A stretch of 61,406 bases of DNA, counting the filler, from Dugesia japonica (taxonomy: Eukaryota), in NCBI GenBank assembly GCA_001938525.1. It is 6 parts of 6 records of this genome, joined end to end, with 100 filler letters (N's around TTAATTAATTAA, not from the genome) between each part and the next. Parts side by side here need not be neighbours in the genome. Positions count along the whole stretch, not along the records: positions 20,686 to 30,920 come from MQRL01586555.1; positions 31,021 to 39,232 come from MQRL01200722.1; positions 39,333 to 52,735 come from MQRL01559164.1; 3 more parts are not named here. The stretch is one strand, 5' to 3'. The translations under genes and the position numbers were made by a program. Numbering within the stretch: the first letter of the stretch is position 1; each line of letters opens with the position of its first letter. Shown here in pieces: positions 26,929 through 39,940 of the stretch. The notes beneath the pieces were generated by a model, which saw only the letters and a program-made list of their open reading frames with translations, had not been told where the DNA came from and did not search any database.

Positions 26929-27779
26929 ATAACACACCAACAGGTATATAAGCTAAAACTTGCAATAAATTTTCATTATTGGAAAATGAAAGAAATAACT
27001 TTAACAAAGTTCAATGCTTCAATAGTTAATGTTGATTGTAGAAAACCTGTGGATTATTATCAAGATAAGATGCACTTTGTCAAAAAGTCTGTAATATACA
27101 TTTCAAGTAATATTATTTTTTATTATTTACTAATTATACGTTTCAAATTATATTATTTATTATTATTTACTAATTATTTTGTTTTAGGAACCTGTTAGGA
27201 TGAAAGATTTATATACAGTAGGCTTATATCAGAAATTAGTTCCAATAATAAGATGGTATTAAATCAAATCTATCAAAGATTTGACTTGTCAATTGTAATG
27301 AAAGATAAATTTTTTTATTAATTCAAAGGATGTTAGTGAAAATCTATATGATGTTGGATATCAAAATTCACATAAATGGATGATTAAAATTGAAATCCAA
27401 GGATATAAAAAATTTGACATTAATATTGATCAATCTGGAGAATGAACTCTGTGTAAAATGTTATTAATAAAAATTATTAAATCTACTTTCGTATTTTCCT
27501 ATTTCTTAATAATAACTAAATAAAAACAAAATAAAAAATAAATTTACACAACATAATTTGTAGGTAGATAGTAGCGCACTTAAACATCCCCCTCTAACTG
27601 GCAAAGGGTGTATGAATTTAGTGTTTAAAACTTTGGACCTGTTTATAAATTTCGGTGGTTTAACCTTTGATCTGGTGTTGAAATTTATATATACTATGAT
27701 GAAAAAATACCCGGTCAACCCAATTTAAAATTCACACACAAATGCTATAGATCTAATTTTTATTTTTAATAGTTGCTAC

Positions 27780-27990
27780 ATATAGTTGCTACAACAATGT
27801 TTTTATCAAAATCAAAAACTAATGAATGATATGTGCGATTTTTAGACGGTTGTAAGACTGTCACAGATAATCCTAGATCTGGAAGACCATCAACCTCGAA
27901 GAACAACAAAAATATCAAAGAAATAAAGTCATTATTAATGTAAAATAGGACATTAACTATCAAAGAAAATACAAGGAATATCATTTGGAA
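27780..27990 (+). mobile_element. mariner transposase N-terminal fragment
   Basis: RFLDGCKTVTDNPRSGRPSTS..NIKEIKSLL (cf. mariner RFKEGRExxEDxxRSGRPST). Confidence 0.75.
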
Positions 27991-28027
27991 CAGTTTGGAG
28001 CCAAAACCGAAAAGAATCACTTCGTTT

Positions 28028-30540
28028 TTAGTCAAAAAGGAAGGTTCTTATTGTTTTTATTTTAGGCGGGTCAGTTCTGAAACCCTCACTGCTAATTAAG
28101 TGTCCAAGAAATTTAATTTCTCTTTGAAGAAATTGACAATTTTCTGGATTAATTCTAAGACCAGCTTTCATTAATTCTATCAATACTCTTTCAATTATTT
28201 CATAGTATTGATCTTTATTGTTCGTAAATATCAGAATGTCGTCAAGATAAACCATGGCTCCATTGATTCCGCCTACAACTTTTGTCATCATCTCTTGAAA
28301 TGTCCCTGGTGCCTCTGCGATGCCAAATGGCATTCTATTAAAACAATATTGTCCATACTTCGTTGAAAACGCCGTTTTTTCTTGAAATTCTTCTTCGATC
28401 TCTACTTGATAGTATGCATTTCCCAAATATATTAAACTGAAATATTTCGCTGCATCTAACTTGTCCAGCATTTTATCGACATTAGGCATCGAAAAGGCTT
28501 GTCTTTTCGTTACTGCATTTTATTGTCTAAAATCCAAACATATTCTTATGTCCTTCTTTTTCTTTTTTCAAACACAAATCAGTGAGATATTCCATGGAGA
28601 GTTGCATTTCTGGATAATATTATTCTCGAAAAGGTTTTGGATAGCTTCTTCAATTTTAGATTCTAAGTTCATTGGTTACCTGTACGGTTTTACATTGATT
28701 GGTTTGTTCTTGTGATTATTTTGTGACTTGTCAAATGAGTGCGTCCTACATCCTATTTATCTGCCATAAAAGCATCTTCTTTAGTTTCAAATATTTTCAA
28801 TAATTGCTGATCCTCTTTAATTTTCAAATTATTTTTTGGTCTTGTCAATCGCACTCCTTTTTAAATTTGTCTTCCAAATTTTGCTTCAATAATGCAAATT
28901 TAATTTTCGACTTTTTATTATCCGTTTTGCTATCCAAAAATCATCTGCATATCTATTCCTCCTATCAGATCTGGTCTTACTCTTTCAGCAACTAAGAAAA
29001 TAATCTCTTTGCAAACTTCATCAATTATCACTCCAGTTCTAACTTTTCCAACAATTTCAAGTGTACTGTTGTTTGCACAACGCAATTTTTCATTATTCAT
29101 TTCTAAATAAACTTCTTGTAATTTATTTAAACAACTCAAACTCATCACGTTATTTTGAGCCCATGTATCTAATAGACATTCGACTTTATTTCCTTGAATT
29201 GATACTGTCACACTTGGTCTCCCTTGCAATTTATGGTGCGAAATATTTGTTTTCTTTTCTGCTTCAACTGTTCCAACCTATTCTACTTTTCTATCATCCG
29301 CAAAGTTTCCCCTCTTTAAGAACCTGGATACTTTTTCTGAAACTTTTCCGATTTCATCCTATTTTTCGACCCCTTGAGGATAATCAATCACTTCATTTAA
29401 CAATGGATGGCTCCAACCAGCTCCTCTACTAGTAAAGCCCTGCCTCTTGGGTACTGCCTTTCAGAATCACTTTCATACACTTCTACATATAAAACGTTTG
29501 TATTGTAATCTTCATCTTTAATCGCATGTATTCGATTGTATCGCTTTCTCGATCTTTCTGCAGTCATAAATTTCTTTCTTGTTCTTTTTATTTTCAAATT
29601 TGTGTAACACTCTTCTGCCCTATGTCAACCATTACCACATCGTTTACACCTCACTTCTTGACATAACTTTCTTATATAGCCAACTTTTCCACAGCCAAAA
29701 TATTTTGTTGGTTTTTTATTTGAGAATCTCGACTTGTATGTCCTGTTTTATGACAAGTTCAACACTATACTAATTTTTTCCACGGACAATTTGCTTTAGT
29801 ATGACCGATCTGATGACACAACCAACATTTAATATTTTGTTTTTCCTTGCTTTGATTCACATGTCTATTAACGGTATGATTTACAGGTTTCTGATAATTT
29901 TGACTTGTAACTCTCGCGTAATTTCTAACTGCATTAACTTGATCTCTGTTTTTCTCTACTCGATCTACTAAAGTCATTGTTTCTTCAATTTCTTCTATAT
30001 TCTCTCGTTTTCGCAACGTCACTTCTTCCTCAAATTTTTTGTTATCTGAATAATATACTAGCATCTTTGCAACCACTTTTTCTTCGGTAAACTCTTTATT
30101 TGTAAATAATCTTTTTACTAAATCTTTTAAATTTTTAAAATAAACTTGAATATCTTCATTTCCACGTCTGCAGGTAAACAAATTTTGAAAATCTGTGACA
30201 AAATCTTTCTTTTTTTCAAATGCCATGGGTAAATGAGCCTGGAAGCCTTCAACGTTTTCAACGTCTTTACATATTCTTCCAACAAATCATCATCTAACAA
30301 ACAAGAGATTAATCTCTCTTTTTGTTTCACCTGGATGATGTTTTTAGCTTCAAAATACAATTTTCACCGCTTGATAAATTTCTCAATATCATCTCCTCTG
30401 CAGAACACATTCGGCAATTACTTTTCTGTAATAGAATCGGTATTTATCGCTGCCACCATGTTAGGTAGTTCTTCAATTGATAACTTATTTTCAAAATCAC
30501 AACTATTTTTAGACAACTATTTAATTTATTTTATATAATT
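28028..30540 (-). mobile_element. Ty3/Gypsy element: LTR end, PBS, gag (CCHC), protease, RT; 3'-truncated
   Basis: CWLCHQIGHTKANC; VECLLDTWAQ (catalytic DTG mutated); RMPFGIAEAPGTFQ; YLDD; IKFLGH. The LTR 5' boundary is not resolved. Confidence 0.93.
30448..30458 (-). promoter_or_regulatory. Primer-binding site (tRNA-Leu-like)
   Basis: TGGTGGCAGCG immediately after an LTR-like ...CTAACA end and just before gag. Confidence 0.7.
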
Positions 30541-31020
30541 ATTTCCTTATAATAACAATGCATTAATATAAATAATTTAATTGCTGGATATAATATAAAA
30601 AAATAAGTTTAGAAAATGAATTGCCGTTTAATTTGATGAAATTTGATCATTCATTATGTATAATTATTTGCTGTTTTCATGTTTGTTAATTATTCAAGAA
30701 ATAATGTATGATTAAAAGGATATTTCAGAGGAGATTTATTTTTTCTATGAATTTTCTTAAAGTAATTGAAAAATATATGTCTAATTCTTTTCTTATGCAA
30801 TTTGATTTGATTTAATGCAACTTTTATTTTAATGTAATGATATTTTTGAATCACATAAAAACAGAAATAGGTGCACAGAAGTCATATTTTTAATAAATTA
30901 ATTAATTTCATTGATTTTCANNNNNNNNNNNNNNNNNNNNNNNNNNNNNNNNNNNNNNNNNNNNTTAATTAATTAANNNNNNNNNNNNNNNNNNNNNNNN
31001 NNNNNNNNNNNNNNNNNNNN

Positions 31021-32575
31021 CTGAATCGGATCCCATACATGAGATACTTTGATGGCCAGGATTAACCGTCGCAACTTTCTGAGATCTTCTACCGCCAGAT
31101 CTTGTTGCAAGACTATATTAGATCGTCGTATGATTTCTGGCTTTATTAACTTATCGCCCACTAGAAATTCGAATAACTTTGGTAAATTGTCTTCCTGCTT
31201 CTCGTCTTTGATTGGAGTGTTGAACAAAGCTGCTACCATCTCTACCCGTTGTTTATTTTGTTCCTGTTTAGGGAGCTTGGCTCTGGCGAACACTAATGGA
31301 TGTATTTCTTCTTTCATATTACTCCACTACTTCCCTGGCTTCCTGCTTCCATTTTTCCTCAGAGATCCATGGTCGTCGTCTCTCCTCATCCTTTGCTGTT
31401 ACATAAATTTTAAATTTAGTAGCTGGCCACACTCTCATATATTTTACTGGCAACCGCATTTGGTCTGGTTCTATTAACTGGTTGTAAAAGAGTACTACAT
31501 CATCTTCTTGTAGTAGCGGTTGCATTCTGGTTTCCTCCTCGTCCAGGGTTCGTTGTTGGTTCATAAATTTTATAATCCTTTTCCGCAACGTAGACCATGG
31601 CTCATTCATTTGTACCTGCCAATAAATTTCGCTTTCATCTGGAAATTTGATTATTACGGTGACTGCTTTATTAGTTATCATTCGAACTATTTTATTTAAT
31701 ATCGCATCCATTACGTCTCCTGGCATTCGACTTATGGCTCGTAGCTGGTTTAGCTTCAGGACTAGTTGTATGACTTTGTCATGTCTTAATAGTTCCAAGT
31801 TTTCTTCCAGGGTTAGGAGTATTTTCATTATTACTCAGGCCAGACTTCTCCATGTTTTACTGTCTTCCAATGACTCAATATTTTTCTCCATTGTTCTATC
31901 GTCGACTTCTTCGAACAACTTCCCACTGTTAATTTCTTCTTCTTACAACTCCTCTAGTTGTTGTTCCATAGATTTTACCGGGCCTGGAGTGTAATCTTCT
32001 GGTTTCTGTATTTGGAGAAATGTATTTTCAGCGGGTCTCAACCCTACATCCATTAAATGTTGTTTTCCTTCAAACCTTATAGGGAATCTCAAATGATCGC
32101 TTGTGATTATATAGCCTTTCTGTTGGTCAGCTATATCTAGTAATTCTATAATTTCCTGTAATTCCATAGCTGTCGTACTGTTGAAATGTGGTATATGCAT
32201 GACAGCCAATTCCGATTCCTTCCTGGGTTTCTTATTTGGTGTCAGATATTCTATCGTGACCTGGAAACCCTCTACCTTGGCAGTTGTCTGCACTGCACCA
32301 ATATATGATTTGAGCACTAATTCCCATTTGGCACGTTCTTCCTTTGCTATTTCAGTATACTTTGCCAGATCCATTAGTAAATTTAATGCTTTCGAAAACG
32401 CTGCCTTAAGTATCCTTTCCTGGAAATAACAAAAATCTGAAATTATCTTCGAGATCCGCTCTGCCTGAGGGGAACTGAAAGGGCCAACAAATTCTTGTTT
32501 AAATGATAACAAACGGGGTTGGACGATGTCCTCCGATATTTCTTACCCCTCCTCTTCTTCATCTGATGTTTAATT
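31021..32575 (-). pseudogene. Intronless decayed ORF (~500 codons) with putative ubiquitin-like domains
   Basis: ORFs 31943-32512 and 31319-31828 share a frame and are separated by isolated stops; a 1-nt shift leads into the ORF starting at 31317; visibly more GC-rich than its flanks; truncated at both ends. Confidence 0.65.
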
Positions 32576-34138
32576 GAATCTTTAGTGAATTAAATGATGA
32601 ATATATTTTAATGATTTTATGTCTTTCCTATAATTGTTTCCGGTCGAAATTATTACAACACTTTAAACAACTGACTCCCCAGTAGTACATATTTAGTTTA
32701 TTATTAATTTGTAGAATGCCATACGTTGAATATTATCCAGTCAATAATATCATCTAACGTCATAATGAATGCTTTAAATAACAATGGAGCTGTACGAAGT
32801 CCAAATGTAAAACTGATTTAATGAACTTAAGTGGGAAGGGTTAAAATAGCTATCTCGACTTTAAGTACTAGGGATCAATTTACGTGTTTATGTTTGTGGT
32901 TAGTAGCCAACTATATTTGATGATTTCATTCAACATTAAAAATGATACATTTTGAATTTCGAAATTTCTTAGATCTACCAAATTCAACAAAAAAGAGCAT
33001 TTGCAGATCTCGGAAAATTTAAATACTTTTAGGAAACTTATTCCATATATGCCTAGACAGCAAAATTTGTTTAAATCGATGACATCAATTTATTTTTTAA
33101 ATTTTATTTCAAATTGATGATGAATTCAAAATTGACTGGTTAAAATATCTGTATGGGTATTATCTGTGGAATAATTTGTAAAATGCTTGCTACTTGTTAT
33201 GAAAATGCCAGTAATTGACGATTGAAATATTATTTAACTTTAAGTTTTAATGACTATCTCAATTGAAGCTTAATTTCTCAAAATATTATAATTCTAGTTT
33301 GGTTTTAAATGATGATATATTATTTCAAGTTTTATGAAAGAATTTATAATCAAATAAGCTTTCTATTCAGAGATTTTAATGAAAATAAATATAATCAAAA
33401 ATAAATTTGAGTTTTTTATTAGTCTGTTCTTCAGAAAAGTGAACAAATCCATTCAACATCACCAAAGCCAATCAATAAAGACAACCATTACTATCATTCT
33501 TAAATATTTTATCAGTAATTTTACGTAAAACAATTATCTGATTATGTAAATCATTAAAAAAATGAAAAAAAGAACAGCAATTTGAATCTTTGCTTGTTAA
33601 ATAATTTTTTGAAATAAAAAATTATTTGTTGTTTAAAACGAGTTTATGTAAATCATTAATAAAATTATTTATGTGTTAGCTGTTGCTAAATTATACATTT
33701 CGGTTTCCATAAAAAAATTAGATTTCATAATCCAAGCTTTAATGTACAGGAAGCTCATTTGACTAAATTAATTAAAAAAATTTTAAAACACTTTGAATAT
33801 AAAATAATTTTTAAATTTTTTTGAAATCTTAATTTATTTTCATATTTTAATAGGTTTTGTATTTTATTTTTTTGGAAAAATTTTCAATTTTTATGGGTTT
33901 TGAAAAAATTTTAATATAACCTAAAACTAAAAAAATTAAAATATTTTGGAAAAACATCTTTGATTTTACAGGTAACAGTAATTTTATTAAAATATTATTA
34001 TCTAAATTAATTTTTTTTTTTGAAAAATTGTTAAATGAAAATTTTAAAAATTAAGTATTATAGCCGTCTTATATTCAGTATAATCGCATTAATCTTTGTT
34101 TAAATAATACAGACTGGATGAACTCATTTTTTTCATTT

Positions 34139-34179
34139 TTGTCTGATGATGACTGTTGATCCGTCAAAATATATAACAA
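34139..34179 (+). ncRNA. Minimal hammerhead motif (family C), G12 mutated
   Basis: TTGT-CTGATGA-T-GAC-TGTTGATCC-GTC-AAA-ATATAT-A-ACAA: stem I TTGT/ACAA, stem II GAC/GTC, palindromic stem III. Confidence 0.65.
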
Positions 34180-37029
34180 TAAAGTTTTATTTCAAATGGA
34201 GTTATTTATTTTTTATTAAAAATTTGCCATCGCTTTTTGCATATTTCTTTTTAATATTCTGTGCTTTTCATTATAATAATTTATTACATAGAAAATGAAA
34301 AATATTTTAAAATACAACATTTGATACATAATTGCTAAATAAACCATTATAATCATAAAGTACATTATTAAAACCAAATAAAAGAAGTAAAAAAATAATT
34401 CTGAAAATAAAAATAAAATTCTGAACATTTTTTGTAAACGGTTTGCTGAATAATTATGCTTTGTTCAATAGATAAAAAAATTATCAGATGTCATGTCACA
34501 CCTTGGATAAAAAATTATTTTTCTCTAGAAATGCTTATGATAATCAAACAAATTTGGTATTGTTAAACTTAGAATTAAAAACTAAACATATTTCCCATAG
34601 GGTTTGTTGTACAAATATGAGTGGTTCTCAAAATTATATATAATCATATAATTAATTATAAATTATAATTATAATTAAAATGATAATAATTTTTTTAAAA
34701 TATTTTTAGACCATTAAACTCAAAATACAAAAAACTGAACATTTTGTGTATGGGTTTTGCTGTATAAAAATGGTTCCTTCTAATAATTTTATTTCATGTG
34801 TTAATTTTAATTAATTGTCATTAAATTTCAAAATTTTACATTGTATTTTAAATTCATGATTTTTCCAGTAAATGTTTAATTTTAATGATTTTGTAATATA
34901 AATTTTGATTTACTTTTAAAAATAAGCTTTAAAAACTTTTACAAACTATTTCCATTGAAAATCTAAAAAACTGGAAAAAAACTGACAATAATAATAAAAT
35001 TGCATTAATAAAAAATTAAAACTATTATGAATAGTTTTGACAAACAAATTTTGAAATTTGAAAAAAAACCTTTAAAACGTCTTTAAAGATATCAATAAAA
35101 CAGAACAGATAATAAAAAACATAATAAATTTCGTTTAAAATATTTATTTAAGAAAATAAACCATGATCTTCATGATAATCTTCTGTTTGTATCCTCTTGT
35201 TCTTTGTATATCCACTCATTTCTGAATCTTCTTCATATGATAGCCACTGTTTTTTCTTCACCTGGATGTTTTCTAATTTACTTGTTATAGAAATTTAACA
35301 GTATTGCTTCCATTTTATTGATATAATTATTAAAATTAAAGCTATTTATATAACGATGTAACCCATCAAATTATGGTGCATGTTTTTTATTATCTGCTCT
35401 GTGTTTTATTGATATATTTAAACACGTTTTATAGGTTTTAATATTATTTAATTTCATTTATGTTAGTTTTCTATAAGAAATAATAAGAAAAGTTTTAGAT
35501 GAGCAATTCATAAATGATTATCAATATACTGGACTCCTGAAATTATAGGATTTTAAATTGATGTCGTAATCTAAAGATAACTTTCATATCCTATTCGATG
35601 TGCTTATTCATGTAATCAGTATAAAGAATCTATTTTGAAGCATGTTATTGAGGAATACCTTGAATATATAAACCATATACTTGAATAAAACTTGATAAAA
35701 TTTCTAGTGTTTTTATATCTATGTACTAATATTATAAATATATGGTAATTTCATACAAACATAATCAGAGTTTTGATACAATTAACCATCATACATTTAA
35801 TTTATTTAAAAATTATACTATCCAAGTCCATTAAACACTATAAAATTAAATACAATCAATAAACCAATTGCTAAAAATTATATGTAGGGTATACCCCGGG
35901 CATTAGAATTTTATTCATATTATTCATAAAAATATAAAATTGAAGGAAATATTTCTACAAATTATTAAAAATGTTTGTTTTTAATTTTTTAGAAGAAAGA
36001 AGGAATGGGGAAAGCAGAAGTGCAAGAAGAGAGGCAGACGAGTTGTAGGCAGAGGTGCAGGTAGATGGTAATGATGAAGGATAAATTACTATATTATTTT
36101 AAAAGTGTTGGAATATTATACAGAATTTTAGAGAAGTGTTGAAAATTTATGAAGAACTTCAGAGCAGTCATGGAAATCTATCCAAAATTTCTAAGCAGTG
36201 TGTGAAAATTAATGAAAATTTCACAAAAGTTATAAATTGTTATGCGTTGATAAAATATTTCATACTCTATTTAACTTTATCCACGGATTTCCTTTGTAAT
36301 CATACATTGTCTTCCTTTGGATTATTAAAATTTGTTACATATTTGTACATATTTGTAAGTACAATTCACCAATTATTGACAATAGAGTACTTAAAACTTG
36401 AATGTTATTTAGTCATATTTCAGAAATAAGCATACTATAAATACGTGAAATTAATTAATTTTTATTAAAATTATTAATTAATTCCATTAAAATCTTAAAT
36501 ATGTCTTGTTAAAATTCATTGTTTGCGATAAATGTAATCTTTTCAAATTTTTAAATTTGTTATTCAGGTATATAAGTCAAATCATTTAGCAATTCTTTAA
36601 TATTATAAAAGAAAATGAGATAACACTTGTATACCTTCTATCTAGACCAATACAAATCATTAAGCCCGATATATTCATTAAATGAAGACAATAAATAAAC
36701 CTAGTTCATTCAATGAATCCAATACATTCATTAAACCTATACATTCAATTCATTTACGTATTTGACTTACATATTGTATTCAATGCTTTCATTTATATTA
36801 ATCTAGTCATTCAATTTAATCAATACAGTTACTTTATCCATTGAATATGCTTAATTTGATCCATTAGACATAAATCTATAGGCAATAGTCACTATTTTCA
36901 CTAAAATGAACACTAAGCTGATTCTAATGTTTACTAAGGGTTAACTTGATTCTATAGTTATAATCCATTTCATTTTACAACTAATGATATAGTTAATCAG
37001 ATTACATAGTTATAAAGTTATATAACAAA

Positions 37030-38200
37030 TTTCAAGGTAAATACAGTAAATTAATCCATTAATCAATGAACACAGCAAAGTCCATATATGTCTGTATATG
37101 CAAAGGTAATGAATAGAGTAAGCAAATAAGTACAGTAAGCCAATGTGATAGAGTAAACCCCAAGTGATACAGTAAACTAATGTAATAGTTAAACCGATTG
37201 TCACAGTAAAGCCTATGTGTTACAGTAAAACCAGTGTAATATAGTAAAGTAATATAGTAATTTTTTTAAAGTTATTTAAAATTAATTAATTGTACTAAAA
37301 TCACTTTAATTCCATCCATTTCTCTAAAGTGTATCGAATATAATAGATTTACCAGATTTATAGCGTTTAATAGGCGTAATTTGTTGTATTTGTTTCATAG
37401 GGTTCAGTGGATGTATTTAAACAGTAGAAAACAATATATTAATATATACAAATTTTATTAAATTTCCGTTAATTTCCTTAATTTCACTAAGTTTTATACA
37501 TTTCACTAAGTTTTATAAATTTTAGAGTTTAGCAAAGGGTACAGAAAGCCAGTAAATACAGTTAACAAGTGGACAAAGTAAATCAATGGCTAGAGTAAGC
37601 GCATGTGTTTTAATAAAGCTTATATGAAACAGTAAAACTCATGTATTTCCGTAAACCAGTATGACACAGTAAAGCCCACGTGTTACAGTAAATATAATAT
37701 GTTTCAAATAATCAAATGTGACACAGTAAATAAGAGTACAAAGTAAATGCATGTGTTTCAATAGAGCTAATGGACACAGTAAACCAATATGTTTCGGCAA
37801 ACCAATGAATAGAGTAAACCAGTGTAACACAGTAAGTTGCATGTGATTCAGTAAATCATGTGTTTTATTAAACAAGTGACCACAGTAAAAATAATGTTAC
37901 ACATTAAGCCTTTATTTTAGTAAAGCTAATGTCATAGAGAAACAATGGGATACATTAAAAACCGGCGGAATATAGTAAAACCAATGGATAGAGTAAGCAT
38001 ATTAATACAGTAAGACTCATGGGTCATAGTAAGCTCATGTATTTCAGTAAAGCCTATGTGTTTCATTAAAATCAATGTGATGGTAAGCCAATATGTTTTA
38101 ATAAAGTCAATGGAGACAGTAAACCAATGTGTTACAGTAAAACTAATGGACGCAGTAAAGTCCGTGGGTTTCAGTAAACCAATGAATAGAGTAAGCAAAT
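37030..38200. repeat. Degenerate minisatellite, ~19-20-bp unit, interrupted at ~37260-37540
   Basis: Recurrent ACAGTAAA(C/G)CAATGTGT(T/A) units. Confidence 0.85.
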
Positions 38201-39332
38201 GAAAGCCACACATTACATTACATGTAGTATTTTATCACATTGTTTGATCGAATCAGCAAATTATTTAATTTTAGACTATTAATGTAATCTAACCTAATCT
38301 AACTTACTATTAAGAAAAATTGTGTGCAATTAATAAGTCTTGTAATTTAAATTCGTATGTTTTTATTATTTCCAATACATTTATCTTGTAAATTTTATAA
38401 ATCTTTGAAAATTTATATTTTACATGTGTTACCAATAGATATATTTTAATAGTTTTTATTTTTTATCAATGCAATTTTATTATTATTGTCAGTTTTTTAG
38501 ATTTTCAATGGAACTAGTTTGTAAACGTTTTTAACGCTTACTTTTAATAGCTTTTGAGATATCTCCATCTTTTTTGCTTTATGTCGTTGCCTGCATGTTT
38601 ATGGTAATATATTTACTATGTATGTATAAGTGCACTGTTTTATTTTATAAATACTTTTTGAACCACATCAGTTTTTGTAAATTTATAGATCTTTTCATAA
38701 ATATGAAATATATAAAAAATACCTTTTATTACCTATAATTCCTTAAACCGTATTTTCTCATCTATAAAACATGAATAAGCAAAATAATTATATATTATAT
38801 AAGAAGAGCAAGATCTATTAGATGCGCATTATTTAAACAATTTCATTAATAGGAAGAGCTTAATATTATAATACTACAAATAATGTAATCAAAATTTTAT
38901 GTTTATTCCGAAATCTATTCTTTTCAGAAAAATTATATTTCCAGTGATTCACTGCCAGTGAATTATTTTGTTTTTGGTGTTTAAATTAATTTTATTTTGA
39001 TAATAGTATACATTAAATAAAAGTGTACTACAAAAAAATTACTATTATAAATATTGGCTTACTAGAAATATTTTTCTTTTATACAACATAAATGTAGGAA
39101 AACTTTAAAAGTTTTCAAATAAAATTTATTAATACAATTCATTTAAGATTAATTTTTATGGTGGCATTATATTTCGAGGCATTGTAAATCCTGGTTTTAA
39201 CGATAATTTAAACGTTTCTGAAACTGCGTAATNNNNNNNNNNNNNNNNNNNNNNNNNNNNNNNNNNNNNNNNNNNNTTAATTAATTAANNNNNNNNNNNN
39301 NNNNNNNNNNNNNNNNNNNNNNNNNNNNNNNN

Positions 39333-39392
<60 letters not shown>

Positions 39393-39415
39393 TAATGAAA
39401 ATAATATAATAATAA
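39333..39415. repeat. (TAA)n microsatellite
   Basis: Direct reading. Confidence 0.95.
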
Positions 39416-39650
39416 CAATGTCTAATATATTTTTTTAATGTCTAATACATATAATTTTGTCTCTATATTTTGTCCTACCACCTATTTGTACAGGAAGATC
39501 TCATTGGGATTACGTTTTCTAACAGTAATAAATAAATCTCATCAGATATTTGTTTATTTTTATTGAAAACCTCAATTTGTAAAACTAAATCTTTTTTTTT
39601 CATTAAAATAAGAAAAGGCTTCGATCAAAACAAAATTTATTTGTAAAGAG

Positions 39651-39684
39651 ATTCAAATTTTCGACAATACTCTTCTTCAAGAAC
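39651..39684 (-). ncRNA. Decayed hammerhead motif (family A, inverted arm)
   Basis: GTTC-TTGAAGA-AGAGTATTGTC-GAA-AATT-T-GAAT. Confidence 0.55.
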
Positions 39685-39905
39685 ATGTTGGCTTCTTGAG
39701 ATATTCAATACTCAATTCTTCAAATTTTATCGCAATTTTATTGGTTGATTTTTTTTATACTTTAATTTTAAATTTTAATAAAAAAAGAAATCACTAAAAT
39801 TTAAAATTAAAAGTATAAAAAAAAATTAACCAATAAAATTTCAATAAAATTTAAAGAATTTAGTAACAAAGATTTGTTGTATTGAATATCTCAAGAAGCC
39901 AACAT

Positions 39906-39940
39906 GTTCCTGAAGAATACTTTTGTCGAAAATTTGAAAC
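39906..39940 (+). ncRNA. Minimal hammerhead motif (family A)
   Basis: GTTC-CTGAAGA-ATACTTTTGTC-GAA-AATT-T-GAAAC; the three-copy consensus gives stem II GAC/GTC and stem I GTTC/GAAC. Confidence 0.65.

Noticed and set aside
37030-38200. Regularly spaced ACAGTAAA repeats as a CRISPR-like array
   Set aside because: Units are ~19-20 bp degenerate tandem copies without unique spacers; eukaryotic context, no cas genes.
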